Part shown: positions 15,501 to 25,700 of the stretch, one piece after another
Layout of the letters: every line of letters starts with the position of its first letter
Position numbering within the stretch: position 1 is the first letter of the stretch
Assembly (NCBI GenBank): GCA_030668875.1
Contig: DAOVER010000035.1
Coordinates: forward strand, 1 to 30,512
Reading direction: 5' to 3'
DNA from: Candidatus Heimdallarchaeota archaeon
GTDB taxonomy: Archaea; Asgardarchaeota; Heimdallarchaeia; Heimdallarchaeales; Heimdallarchaeaceae
Length of the DNA: 30,512 nt
Position numbers and translations under genes: made by a program
The notes under the pieces: generated by a model
The model's database searches: none
What the model was told of the DNA's origin: nothing
Seen by the model: the letters and a program-made list of their open reading frames with translations, nothing else

Positions 15501-18401
15501 ATGTTCATGGGAAAAAAAACCAAGCAAACAGATTTTTTAACTCAAGAATACTTATGTCCTCATCATCTTTCTACAGATAAAATAAGCGAGGAACTCAATA
15601 CCGATATTAGATTCGGATTACATGATGAAGAAGCAACTAAACGATTAAAACAATATGGTCCTAATATAATTCCTAAAATCAAAGGATCAATTTGGGAGAT
15701 ATATCTAGCTCCATTATTCAATTGGTTAATCAATATTTACTTGATCGTTTCTTCTATTTTAATATTCATGTCACTATTTGTTGAAGGCGTTATTGGGCAA
15801 ATTAGCTTTTGGTTGATAATAATTGTTTTCAATATTGGTTTTACAATTTTTCAACAAATAAGAGCTCAATTCAAATTGGATGCATTACACAAGTTAGCTG
15901 CTCCGAGATCTACCGTAATACGAGATGGTGTCCCTCGACAAATAGTTGCTGTAGATTTGGTACCTGGTGATTTAATCGAATTAGATCAAGGAGATAGGGT
16001 TCCTGCCGATTCAAGAATAATCTATTCAAGTAATTGTCTAGTAAATGAAAGCGCATTAACAGGAGAATCGGTAGCTGTTGAAAAGATTCACAATCCAAAA
16101 AATATTCTTCAAGAAGATACTCCCATATCGCTTAGAACTAATATGCTCTATACTGGTACATTTCTTGAAGTAGGTAGAGCAAATGCTATAGTAGTAAACA
16201 CAGGCATCTTTACAGAAATAGGAAAATTATCAACAGAATTACAGAAGATAGGAACGACAGATATCCCGATTCGAGCAAAAGTAAACAGATTAGCTAAATG
16301 GTTGGGATTAACTGTTCTAGCTTATCTAGTAATCTCAATAGTATACAAAACAATCTATTTTTGCACTATTGGAGGAGATACACCACTAGAGAATCAGATC
16401 GTAGATTCTATAACAACTTCAATGGCAATTATGCCAATTAGTATCCCATTATTGACGACTTTGATATTACTTACTGGAGTATTATCGATGGCAAAAGACA
16501 GAGTAATAATTCGGAATCTTTCTGCGGTAGAAACATTGGGTAGAAGTTCTGTTCTATGTACCGATAAAACAGGAACTATAACCACTAATATGATGACAAT
16601 CCAAAGGATTTGGGATACAAGTCAATTCTATGGTGTATCAGGAATAGGATATAGCAACAAAGGTGCAATAGTTCCTTTTGGTGATGAACCAGAAAATTTC
16701 TCTGAAGATATGTATATACCTGACACGATTAAACCTTTTGCAGAAGATTCAAAATTAGAGTATTTGCTTGTCGGAGGAATGTTAAATAACAATGCTCATT
16801 TGATAGTAGAAGAAGTTTTTGAACCTCATCATCAAATTTCATGGAAAACTACAGGGGATCCAACAGATGGGGCATTTTTAGCTTTATTCAATAAATCAGG
16901 ATTAAATGAGAAGGAAACAAAGAAACAATATGGATACATTATGGAATACAATTTCGATTCAACATTGAAACGTATGAGTAAAACATATCAAGATAAGGAA
17001 GGATATTCACTTTTTTGTAAAGGTGCAACAGAGACAATTTTACCTTTATGTAATAGGATTGGTAGTCCATCGGAATATAAGGAATTAACAAAAGAAGATA
17101 CAAAGAAAATAGATGAATATGTTAGTGAATTTGCATCAAAAGGTTACAGAGTAATCTCTTTAGCAATAAGACCAATGGATAAAGATACACTATTGAGCCA
17201 TGATAGAAAAGAATCAGAACAAGAATTAATCTACAATGGTTTTGTTTGTATGTTAGATCCAGCTCGTTATGGTGTTGGTGATGCAGTTAATATGTGTTAC
17301 AAGGCTGGTGTTACTCCAATAATGATTACTGGTGATAGCCCTCTAACTGCAAGAGCAATTGCCAAGGAAGTAGGAATCGTTCAAAAAGATGAATTAGTAG
17401 TAGAGGGGAATAACATAGAGAAACTTTCAGAAATGGATTTCTTCAATACAAGGATATTTGCTAGAGTTTCCCCTCAACACAAACAAGTGATTATAGAGAA
17501 ATACCAAGATAAGAACAAGATCATTTCTATGTGCGGAGATGGTGTAAATGATTGCTTGGCATTAACAATGGCTGATGTTGGGATTTGTATGGGGATTGCT
17601 GGAACAGAAACCGCTAAACAAGCTTCTGATGTTATTATTGCTGACGATAGCTTTACTAGTACTGTTCTTGGTATTAGAGAAGGAAGAGGGTTGTTTAACC
17701 GTATTAGAATTATGATTTTCTTTTACATTTCTCTAAACATTGCCGAAGCAATTCTATATTTCACAAGCTCATTTATTCCTGACTTTGCACTAGTTACCAG
17801 TTTTCAACGAGTTTATATTTTCTCTACTGCTCACTTAGTCCCACCCCTTGCCTTTATTTTTGATAGTATAACTCAGGAAATAATGGATTATCCTCCAAGA
17901 GATGATGAAGACATTTTCAACAGACGATATATAGGCGCTCTTGTAGTACTTGCACTTTCTTTAGCATTTGCTGCAGGATTAGTTTACATGTTAGCTTTAT
18001 ACGGTATTATACCTACTATTCTAAATGGGGCAGCTGAAGCTGGTATTCAAGCAGCTTTTCAACAATCTAAAGCCAGAACTATGTTTATCTCAATAATCGT
18101 TATTTCGGAGAGTTTAGTAGTTCTTATGCTTCGCAGATTAAACAAACCTGTTCATAAATCTATAAGAGAAGATTGGAAATGGGTAGTTATGATACTTATA
18201 ATAATTGTTCCAATTTTACATATTATCATAATGTACTCTAGTTGGCTTCAAGACATCATTCTCATGTTTTTTGATGATCCTTATGTTTTTATGCCACTTG
18301 GAATTACTGATTGGTTGATTGTTATGGGTGCAATAGCTATTCCTCTTACGGCTATAGAGATTTACAAATGTTTCGTTAGAAGGAAGAACAAGTACTTCTA
18401 G
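15501..18401 (+). CDS. P-type ATPase with P2-like architecture and atypical transport site
   Basis: GPN in the N domain, LVPGD, LTGES, phosphorylation motif DKTGT, KGA, MITGD, ARVSP, GDGVND and about 10 TM helices. M4 reads MPISIP. The likely start is ATG 15501 or 15507 rather than TTG 15423. Confidence 0.9.
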   Translation: MFMGKKTKQTDFLTQEYLCPHHLSTDKISEELNTDIRFGLHDEEATKRLKQYGPNIIPKIKGSIWEIYLAPLFNWLINIYLIVSSILIFMSLFVEGVIGQISFWLIIIVFNIGFTIFQQIRAQFKLDALHKLAAPRSTVIRDGVPRQIVAVDLVPGDLIELDQGDRVPADSRIIYSSNCLVNESALTGESVAVEKIHNPKNILQEDTPISLRTNMLYTGTFLEVGRANAIVVNTGIFTEIGKLSTELQKIGTTDIPIRAKVNRLAKWLGLTVLAYLVISIVYKTIYFCTIGGDTPLENQIVDSITTSMAIMPISIPLLTTLILLTGVLSMAKDRVIIRNLSAVETLGRSSVLCTDKTGTITTNMMTIQRIWDTSQFYGVSGIGYSNKGAIVPFGDEPENFSEDMYIPDTIKPFAEDSKLEYLLVGGMLNNNAHLIVEEVFEPHHQISWKTTGDPTDGAFLALFNKSGLNEKETKKQYGYIMEYNFDSTLKRMSKTYQDKEGYSLFCKGATETILPLCNRIGSPSEYKELTKEDTKKIDEYVSEFASKGYRVISLAIRPMDKDTLLSHDRKESEQELIYNGFVCMLDPARYGVGDAVNMCYKAGVTPIMITGDSPLTARAIAKEVGIVQKDELVVEGNNIEKLSEMDFFNTRIFARVSPQHKQVIIEKYQDKNKIISMCGDGVNDCLALTMADVGICMGIAGTETAKQASDVIIADDSFTSTVLGIREGRGLFNRIRIMIFFYISLNIAEAILYFTSSFIPDFALVTSFQRVYIFSTAHLVPPLAFIFDSITQEIMDYPPRDDEDIFNRRYIGALVVLALSLAFAAGLVYMLALYGIIPTILNGAAEAGIQAAFQQSKARTMFISIIVISESLVVLMLRRLNKPVHKSIREDWKWVVMILIIIVPILHIIIMYSSWLQDIILMFFDDPYVFMPLGITDWLIVMGAIAIPLTAIEIYKCFVRRKNKYF

Positions 18402-18439
18402 TTCTTTCTGTTTCTCTCTTTTTATGTAAGTCTCATAGT

Positions 18440-18450
18440 GAAAATTTATA
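18440..18450 (+). promoter_or_regulatory. Putative BRE/TATA promoter of the dehydrogenase operon
   Basis: GAAAA-TTTATA, about 45 nt upstream of ATG 18494. Confidence 0.45.
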
Positions 18451-18493
18451 TTTAGAATAAACCTTTCCCATTTAGATACTTTCTGGTGGATAA

Positions 18494-20599
18494 ATGAATC
18501 TCAAGGACCAACGACGAATTATTGATCATCCCATACTCACAGAGCAAGAGTATAAACTAGTTAATTTCAAATTTGAAGGTAAAAAATATCAAGCAAAAGA
18601 AAATGAGATGCTTTCTTCTGCTTTGATAGCAAATGGTATACAAATCTTTGGTTTTCATGCTAAAGACAATGCCCCCCAAGGGATTTTCTGTGCCAATGGA
18701 CAATGTGCTCAATGTACTGTCCTTGTTAACGGTGTTCCAGTAAAATCTTGTATGACACCAACAAAAGAAGGGATGATTGTTGAGCAAGTTCAAGGAATAC
18801 CCTCTTTACCTGAGGATGATTCTGAATTACAATCTGGTAAAATACCTATTTATGAGACCGATGTATTAATCATTGGTGGTGGTCCAGCAGGGTTACAAGC
18901 TGCTTTGACCTTAGCTCAATATAAAACTAATATTATTCTTATTGATGACAAAGATCACTTGGGTGGAAAACTCTTACTTCAAACTCACAAATTCTTTGGT
19001 TCAGTTGAAGATTCTTATGCAGGAACCAGAGGTAATGATATTGCGAAAAAACTGGAGAAAGAAGTTGAAGAATACAAGAATATTGACGTGTGGCTATCAA
19101 GCCCTGCAATTGCTGTTTATAATGATAAGTTAGTAGGTGTCCTTAAGGAAGAAGAGTATGTTCTTGTTAAACCAAGAAAATTGCTAATAGCTACTGGGGC
19201 AAGAGAAAAAATGCTATCATTTCCAGGAAACACACTTCCAGGGGTATATGGCGCCGGTGCCTTCCAAACGTTAGTTAATAGAGATTTGGTAAAATCGAGT
19301 GAAAAAATTTTCCTAATAGGGGGCGGAAATGTAGGGTTGATTACAGGCTATCATGCTATCCAAGCAGGTATTGAAGTAGTTGGTTTAGTGGAAGCTCTAC
19401 CTGAATGTGGTGGATATAAAGTTCACGAAGATAAACTGAGACGGTTAGGAGTACCTATTTACACTCGTCACACAATCTTAGCAGCTCATGGTAAAAATCA
19501 TGTGGATTCAATTACTATCGCACAGATAGACGAAAATTTTAAACCTATACAAGGAACAGAGAAAATATTTGCTGTAGATACAGTTTTGATAGCAATTGGG
19601 TTGGATCCTGTTAATGAATTCCACCTTAAAGCTCAAGAATTCGAGATGGATGTATGGGCTGCAGGTGATGCCTTAGAAATAGCTGAGGCTTCTTCAGCAA
19701 TGTTTAATGGTAAAATAGCTGGAATGGAGATAGCAATCAATTTAGGTTTAGTAGAAGAAGAAATACCGGTGGAGTGGAAAGAGAAATCTAGAATACTTAA
19801 GAGTCATCCTGGTCCAGTCATTGAGAGAAAATGTCAAATTGAAAAAGTAGGTGTGCATCCAATTATTCATTGTAATCAAGAAATACCGTGTAATCCTTGT
19901 ACAACGGTTTGTAGTGAAGGATTAATAAATATTAAAGGAGGAGGTTTGCTGGGTTTACCGCAGTATGAAGGGTGTGAAAATCTTGTTACATATACCTCAT
20001 CTTGTATTGGGTGTGGTCAATGTGTGGCAGTATGTCCGGGTCTAGCAATTACTTTAGTAGATTATAGAAAAAGTGAGAATACTCCTAGAGTAACACTCCC
20101 TGCTGAAATTTACAATAAGAAAATAGAGAAAGGTGAAATATTAACTGTTGTTGATGAGGATGGGAATGAATTAGGCGATTTTGAAGTTTATGGATCACGA
20201 ATTTTAGCTCGCCATCCAAAAACACAATTGGTCACTTTCGAGCTTCCTGCAGATATCGCTACAAAAGCAATATCTTTCAAAGTTCAGAAAACTATAGAAA
20301 AAGCAATTGAAGAGCAATATGAAGAAATCATTCCTGATGAAGCTATTATCTGTAGATGTGAAAGAGTTACTGCTGGAGAAATACGATCTTACATCCATAA
20401 AGGAATCAAAGATATGAATGAGTTGAAGTCAATTACAAAGGTTGGAATGGGAGCATGTGGAGGAAAAACTTGTACTAAATTGATTGAACGAATATTCAGA
20501 GAAGAAGGAGTACCTCAAGAAGAAGTAACAACATTTGTGCAACGACCACTATTTGTTGAAGTACCTCTCAAATATTTCTTAGGAACTAAGGAGGAATGA
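18494..20599 (+). CDS. Fused Fe-S flavoprotein (2Fe-2S, FAD/NAD(P)-binding, 2x4Fe-4S and BFD-like domains), similar to the alpha and ferredoxin subunits of proline/sarcosine dehydrogenase complexes
   Basis: GIFCANGQCAQC...SC (2Fe-2S), GGGPAG, ATGARE, GGGNVG, CNPCTTVC and CIGCGQCVAVCP (4Fe-4S), and CRCE...GMGACGGKTC (BFD-like). Confidence 0.88.
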   Translation: MNLKDQRRIIDHPILTEQEYKLVNFKFEGKKYQAKENEMLSSALIANGIQIFGFHAKDNAPQGIFCANGQCAQCTVLVNGVPVKSCMTPTKEGMIVEQVQGIPSLPEDDSELQSGKIPIYETDVLIIGGGPAGLQAALTLAQYKTNIILIDDKDHLGGKLLLQTHKFFGSVEDSYAGTRGNDIAKKLEKEVEEYKNIDVWLSSPAIAVYNDKLVGVLKEEEYVLVKPRKLLIATGAREKMLSFPGNTLPGVYGAGAFQTLVNRDLVKSSEKIFLIGGGNVGLITGYHAIQAGIEVVGLVEALPECGGYKVHEDKLRRLGVPIYTRHTILAAHGKNHVDSITIAQIDENFKPIQGTEKIFAVDTVLIAIGLDPVNEFHLKAQEFEMDVWAAGDALEIAEASSAMFNGKIAGMEIAINLGLVEEEIPVEWKEKSRILKSHPGPVIERKCQIEKVGVHPIIHCNQEIPCNPCTTVCSEGLINIKGGGLLGLPQYEGCENLVTYTSSCIGCGQCVAVCPGLAITLVDYRKSENTPRVTLPAEIYNKKIEKGEILTVVDEDGNELGDFEVYGSRILARHPKTQLVTFELPADIATKAISFKVQKTIEKAIEEQYEEIIPDEAIICRCERVTAGEIRSYIHKGIKDMNELKSITKVGMGACGGKTCTKLIERIFREEGVPQEEVTTFVQRPLFVEVPLKYFLGTKEE

Positions 20600-21756
20600 A
20601 GATGAGTTACAAATTCGATGCGATTATCATTGGTGCTGGAAGTGTAGGTGTTCCTTCAGCCTTAGCTTTAGCAAGAGATGGAATTAAAACGCTTGTTATT
20701 GATAATACTCCATCAGCTGGTCAAGGGCAGAATAAGAAAGCAATAGGTGGGATACGCGCAACTCATACAGCTCCTGCAAAAATTCATCTTTGCCTTGATT
20801 CAATTAAGATTTTCTCAACATGGGAAGAGAAATATGGTGACGATATTGAATGGTTTCAAGGAGGATATACCTTCATTGCATACAATGAAGAACATGAACA
20901 GTTTATGCAAGATAATCTGGTAATTCAGAAAAAAGCTGGTTTGGAAATTGATTGGGTGGACAAGGAAAGAATCCAAGACTTAGTTCCAGGTATTGTTGCT
21001 AGAGATTTAAGAGGAGGAACCCTTTCCTCTAAAGATGGTAATGCTTCACCGCTAAAATCTATCTATGCTTTTTACCGTCAATCAGTTGTGGAAGGAGCAG
21101 AATATCGTTTTAAAGAAAAAGTTACTTCCATTATAACAGAGAGCGGCTTTGCAAAGGGAGTTAAAACTGACAAAGGAGTTTATGAAGCTGATACAGTTAT
21201 CAATATTGCAGGAGCAGGAGCAAAAGCTGTTGGCAAGATGGTGGGAATAGATTTGCCTGTTTATCCAGATTCCCATGAATCAGGTATTAGTGAGCCAGTG
21301 AAAAAGTTTATTGATCCTTTAGTTGTTGATTTACGACCCGGCACTGGAACCAATAACTTCTATTTCTATCAGAACCAAGAAGGAAAGTTCATTTTATGCT
21401 TAACACCCGAACCAATTATCCCCGGTACAAATGAAATGGAAACATCTGCTTTTCTACCTCAAGTAGCTGAAAGAATTGTACAGCTAATTCCTAGAACAAA
21501 ACATCTGAAAATGAGAAGAACGTGGAGAGGATTATATCCAATGTCTCCAGATGGTTCTCCGATTGTTGGTAAAATCAAGGAATTAGAAGGATATATCAAC
21601 GCAGTTGGAATGTGCGGACAAGGATATATGCTAGGACCTGGGTTAGGTGAATTGATCAGCCGATTAGTTCAAGATAAACTAACTGAAAAAGATGAACGAA
21701 CTTTGAAAGAAATGTCAATGTATCGAGATTTCGGAAAGGTAGAAAAACTCAGATGA
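20596..21756 (+). CDS. FAD-dependent oxidoreductase, DAO family (sarcosine oxidase beta / dye-linked proline dehydrogenase catalytic-subunit-like)
   Basis: IIGAGSVG, AIGGIRA, RTWRGLYPMSPDGSPIVG and GMCGQGYMLGPG. It overlaps the upstream gene by 4 nt (ATGA). Confidence 0.9.
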   Translation: MKMSYKFDAIIIGAGSVGVPSALALARDGIKTLVIDNTPSAGQGQNKKAIGGIRATHTAPAKIHLCLDSIKIFSTWEEKYGDDIEWFQGGYTFIAYNEEHEQFMQDNLVIQKKAGLEIDWVDKERIQDLVPGIVARDLRGGTLSSKDGNASPLKSIYAFYRQSVVEGAEYRFKEKVTSIITESGFAKGVKTDKGVYEADTVINIAGAGAKAVGKMVGIDLPVYPDSHESGISEPVKKFIDPLVVDLRPGTGTNNFYFYQNQEGKFILCLTPEPIIPGTNEMETSAFLPQVAERIVQLIPRTKHLKMRRTWRGLYPMSPDGSPIVGKIKELEGYINAVGMCGQGYMLGPGLGELISRLVQDKLTEKDERTLKEMSMYRDFGKVEKLR

Positions 21757-21857
21757 AAGCATAGTTCCTTGCTCATCAATTAGTTGCACTTACAAATAGC
21801 TTTATAATCAAAAATCGTCATAAGTGGCTTTAAGGGTTCAATCATTTTATAAGCTGG

Positions 21858-22589
21858 TTGCTAATGGATTCAAGTAACAAAAAGAAACTACTCATTTGTC
21901 GAGAAACTGACATTATTTGTACGGGTGGAGTGGTGTTCATTGGCGATGGAGCAGTTGGAAAGACTCATACAGCTTTGAATTTGGCTAGTTATAGGAAAGG
22001 ATCATTCCATACTGTTGATTGTGCTAACTTATCCAAATCCGTTAATTTGGAATTCGATTATTTCATCCTATATTCAAATATTGAAAAATATAAAGTAACT
22101 ATAAGCTCACAATTATTCATTATGCCTGGACAGAAAGGGAAAGCTGAAGTAGGCGAAGGACTAGCCTTTGAAGATGCTGTTGATATGTATTTCAACGTAA
22201 GAAGCATCAATGATGTAATAGCTTTAATCTTAACTTACAGTTTAGCTGAAATTAAAACCTTCCAGAATCTGGAATATTGGCTAAACAGAGCAATTGATCA
22301 TGAACTAATATCAGATTATACAAATGTCATCTTGCTTGGAACACATCTTGATTATGTTATTTCTTCAGATGTAACTGATAAGATGATTAGTGATGGAGAA
22401 GAGTTTGTAAGACAGAGAATAAATGATAAACTAGGCATAGAAATGAGTACAAATCGAATAAGTTCAGTGAAAATTTCTAATTTAAATAGAACAGGAATTG
22501 ATGAACTACAAGATAGAGTGTCCAATGCCTTCTTCAGAGCATTTGAGATAGAAAAAGTTGTAAATAATAGCTTAAGTCAGAATAATTGA
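21858..22589 (+). CDS. Divergent Ras-superfamily (Rab/Rho-like) small GTPase
   Basis: G1 VVFIGDGAVGKT (nt 21942 onward), switch I SVNLEF, G3-like FIMPGQ, LTYSL...TFQNLEYWL, G4-like LGTHLD and G5-like ISNLNRTGIDEL. Start is TTG 21858 or ATG 21861. Confidence 0.8.
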   Translation: MLMDSSNKKKLLICRETDIICTGGVVFIGDGAVGKTHTALNLASYRKGSFHTVDCANLSKSVNLEFDYFILYSNIEKYKVTISSQLFIMPGQKGKAEVGEGLAFEDAVDMYFNVRSINDVIALILTYSLAEIKTFQNLEYWLNRAIDHELISDYTNVILLGTHLDYVISSDVTDKMISDGEEFVRQRINDKLGIEMSTNRISSVKISNLNRTGIDELQDRVSNAFFRAFEIEKVVNNSLSQNN

Positions 22590-22726
22590 AGCTTGCAAGA
22601 GCAATAATCTTTATTATTTGCGCAACTTATTGTTGAATATAATAAGAGCACAAAATCTTAACTGTCATGGTTTAGGAAATCTTGCGATATTAGAAGAACA
22701 AAAAATCAGGCCTAGAAGGGGATATC

Positions 22727-25700
22727 ATGTATAAAAATAAATCAAAACTATTTTCAATTTTTATTGTTACATTATTCATCAGTTCACTAATCTATTTTGA
22801 ACCTTCATTAAATGACGAAAAATTAACCGATACAGTTTTTCCTAATAAACCAATTCTTCCAGACACTGATAATGAAACAGATGAAAATATAAATAACCAA
22901 GATGATAGTGAAAACGCTCCAATAAAGAAGACAGAAGAAATTCCAGGGGACTACGAAACTTTTGCATTTTTCAGTGGTGGAACGGGATATATCTATGGAG
23001 CTCCAAGGGTCGGTGAATCGCTTATATTAGACCCTGCGGATGAAGATCCTCTACATCGTCGTAATGTCATTGAATGGGTATCTTATGATGATATTAAAGA
23101 TGATGGAACATTAGCAAAAGAGCTATATTGGAGAGCATTAAGTGTTGAACCTATAACTTGGCCTAATGATACTAACTGGTTTTATCTACGAGAAAGGGGA
23201 TACCCAAATGAACCATCAAAAATGTATAGTCCAACTTTTACAGAAGAGTTTGAGATAAGTGGAAGAGTACATTTCCTCTCCTATCTTGAGTTAAATAATG
23301 GTGCTACTTTTTCTGAAACAATAGATATTGGTTATAGATTAAGTCTTTATCTTTTTAATCCTGCTGACCCAAACAATCCTACATTAATTACAAGCAATAC
23401 GATCATCGAATCAACATCCTCAATGACTGTTGGGCAAAGGACTTTTTCAGCAGATATAGTTTCCCCTGTAACAATACCTGTAGGGTATAGATTAAGAATG
23501 GATATTGAGGCTAGATTTAGTACAGTACCAGTATCGGGTTCCTTTCTTCAATATACAGGGTGGTATTGGGGAGGTGGTGGAACTAACACTTGGACAATCA
23601 CTGATGGTATTTATTCTAACATTTATACGATTAATAATATTTCTAGGATGGCTGGTCTACAGCTTTACATGCGATCGAAAACATACCCCGAAATACAAAT
23701 ATTCAATGCTGTAAATGAGACTGTTTATTCTTCAGCAAGAGATATAACAATAGATGTAACGGATGGTTCAACGAGTAGCTTCAGATGGAATGGAGATAGT
23801 GTATGGACGCCAATTTACGATAGTATTCTGTCTCCATTACTTACAGAACATGGGTGGAATACTTTAGAAGTGAAAGCAAGTGATCCAATTTACAATAACA
23901 CGATAGTAGAACTTTATCAGTTTGGTTATGATGAATCTCCAGTAAATGTTGTTTTAGATAATGCAATCAATACTTCAATTATTCCCAGAAATTATGATCT
24001 ACAGTTTAGCGTCTATAATATTACTTCTGCAACGTTTGAGTGGGATAATAGTGGTTCTCCGACGTCGTTCATATCACCCTATAATATTACCGCAGAAAAT
24101 TATGAGGGTTTACATAATTTAACGATTATCACAATTGATTTCTACACAACGGAGTCATATTATTACGAGTTCACTTTTGAATCTTTACCACCAACAATCC
24201 TGTTAGACTCACCAGATAACAATACACTACAATCTCCAGGAAAAAATATTTACATACAGGTTAACGATTCATCAGGTATTGATATTGTGACTTATCACTG
24301 GGATGGTGATATAGAAGAGGTAATGACATTTCTAGGTGGACACATATATAGAACAAACTTACCCACCGCAGGAGGTTGGCATCAACTATATGTCACAGCA
24401 AATGATACTTATGGAAATCAAATCTCGTCACATTATACTTTCTTTACAGATCCTACCATACTTAATGTTGAATTAACAAATATGATAGATGATTCATATT
24501 ATATGGGAGGTAATGATGTTAATGTAACAATCACGTCTTCCAATGATACTATAAAATACAAATGGGATAATGGTGTCTGGAAAGATAAATCTGACGCGGA
24601 ATGGGATGGGGCCCTACTTAAACTTAAGGACGCTGAAGGGTTACCTTCAACTCTTGGGGTTCACATTTTGAAAATTCGGACTGGTACTCTTTTACATGTT
24701 GAAGAAACTTTCACTTTTACATTCACAATAGATCAACAAGCACCAGAATATGATTCTTCTGTGTTAGATTATAGTAATTTAAGATATCTGGGGGAGGAAA
24801 CACTAACATTTACTGTTACAGACAATTTTACTCTTTCTGCTGAAATTCTACTAAAAATCTCCATTGATGGAGGTTTTAATCAATCTCTATTCTTTCCGTT
24901 TATTTTACCACTATTTTCTTTCTTTGATGGTAATCATAGTATTGTGATATATGTTTGGGATATTGCTGGAAATGTAAATGTGACTACAATATATGTTATT
25001 GTTGATAACACTGCTCCTGACATAGATTACCTTATCCCAGACTTAGTTAATTATATTCATGTAGACGGTAATAGATATGTAAAGGCTGATGCTCTAGTTG
25101 ATGTCACATTAACAGACGACGACACTATTCTTTTCAGCTATTATTCAATTAATGGAACAGCATTTACTTCATTCGTTTCCGATTTTAATCTAGGGTTTCT
25201 TGAAGGTTATCTTGAAATAACTATACGTGCAAATGATAGCTTAGGCAATATATATGATTTATATTTTTATTTAATTCTTGATAATAGTCCACCAACGTTG
25301 GATCTCATATTTCCATTTAATTACATCTCGGAAATAAATGATTTAACCCCCTTACAGTTCAATACACAAGACCTTTCTGATAAAACTATCAATTCAGTTG
25401 AATATGAATGGGATGTTTTTCCAGGATTCACTGCAAATGCATTTCCTGATATAAATGGTGACTTCGAATTCAAGCTGCTCTCATTTATACAAGATTCTTA
25501 TGTATCAGGTAGTACTGCACAATTGACATTTTATCTTGAAGATATAGTTGGAAATATTGCTATAATTATGTATAATTTCACTGTTGATTATACGGCACCA
25601 ATTGCTGCATTCTATATTTATAATGAAACAGTCGTATACGAAGATATTAGTCTATTTTATTATGTAGAAGGAAATACTTCCATATTTTATAATAATACTG

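Noticed and set aside
15423-18401. Calling the P-type ATPase a true P4 flippase or an ordinary Ca2+ pump
   Set aside because: TGES and the overall layout are P2-like, not P4 (DGET), while the PEGL and M6 Ca2+ ligands are missing. Neither label is supported, so it is reported as atypical.
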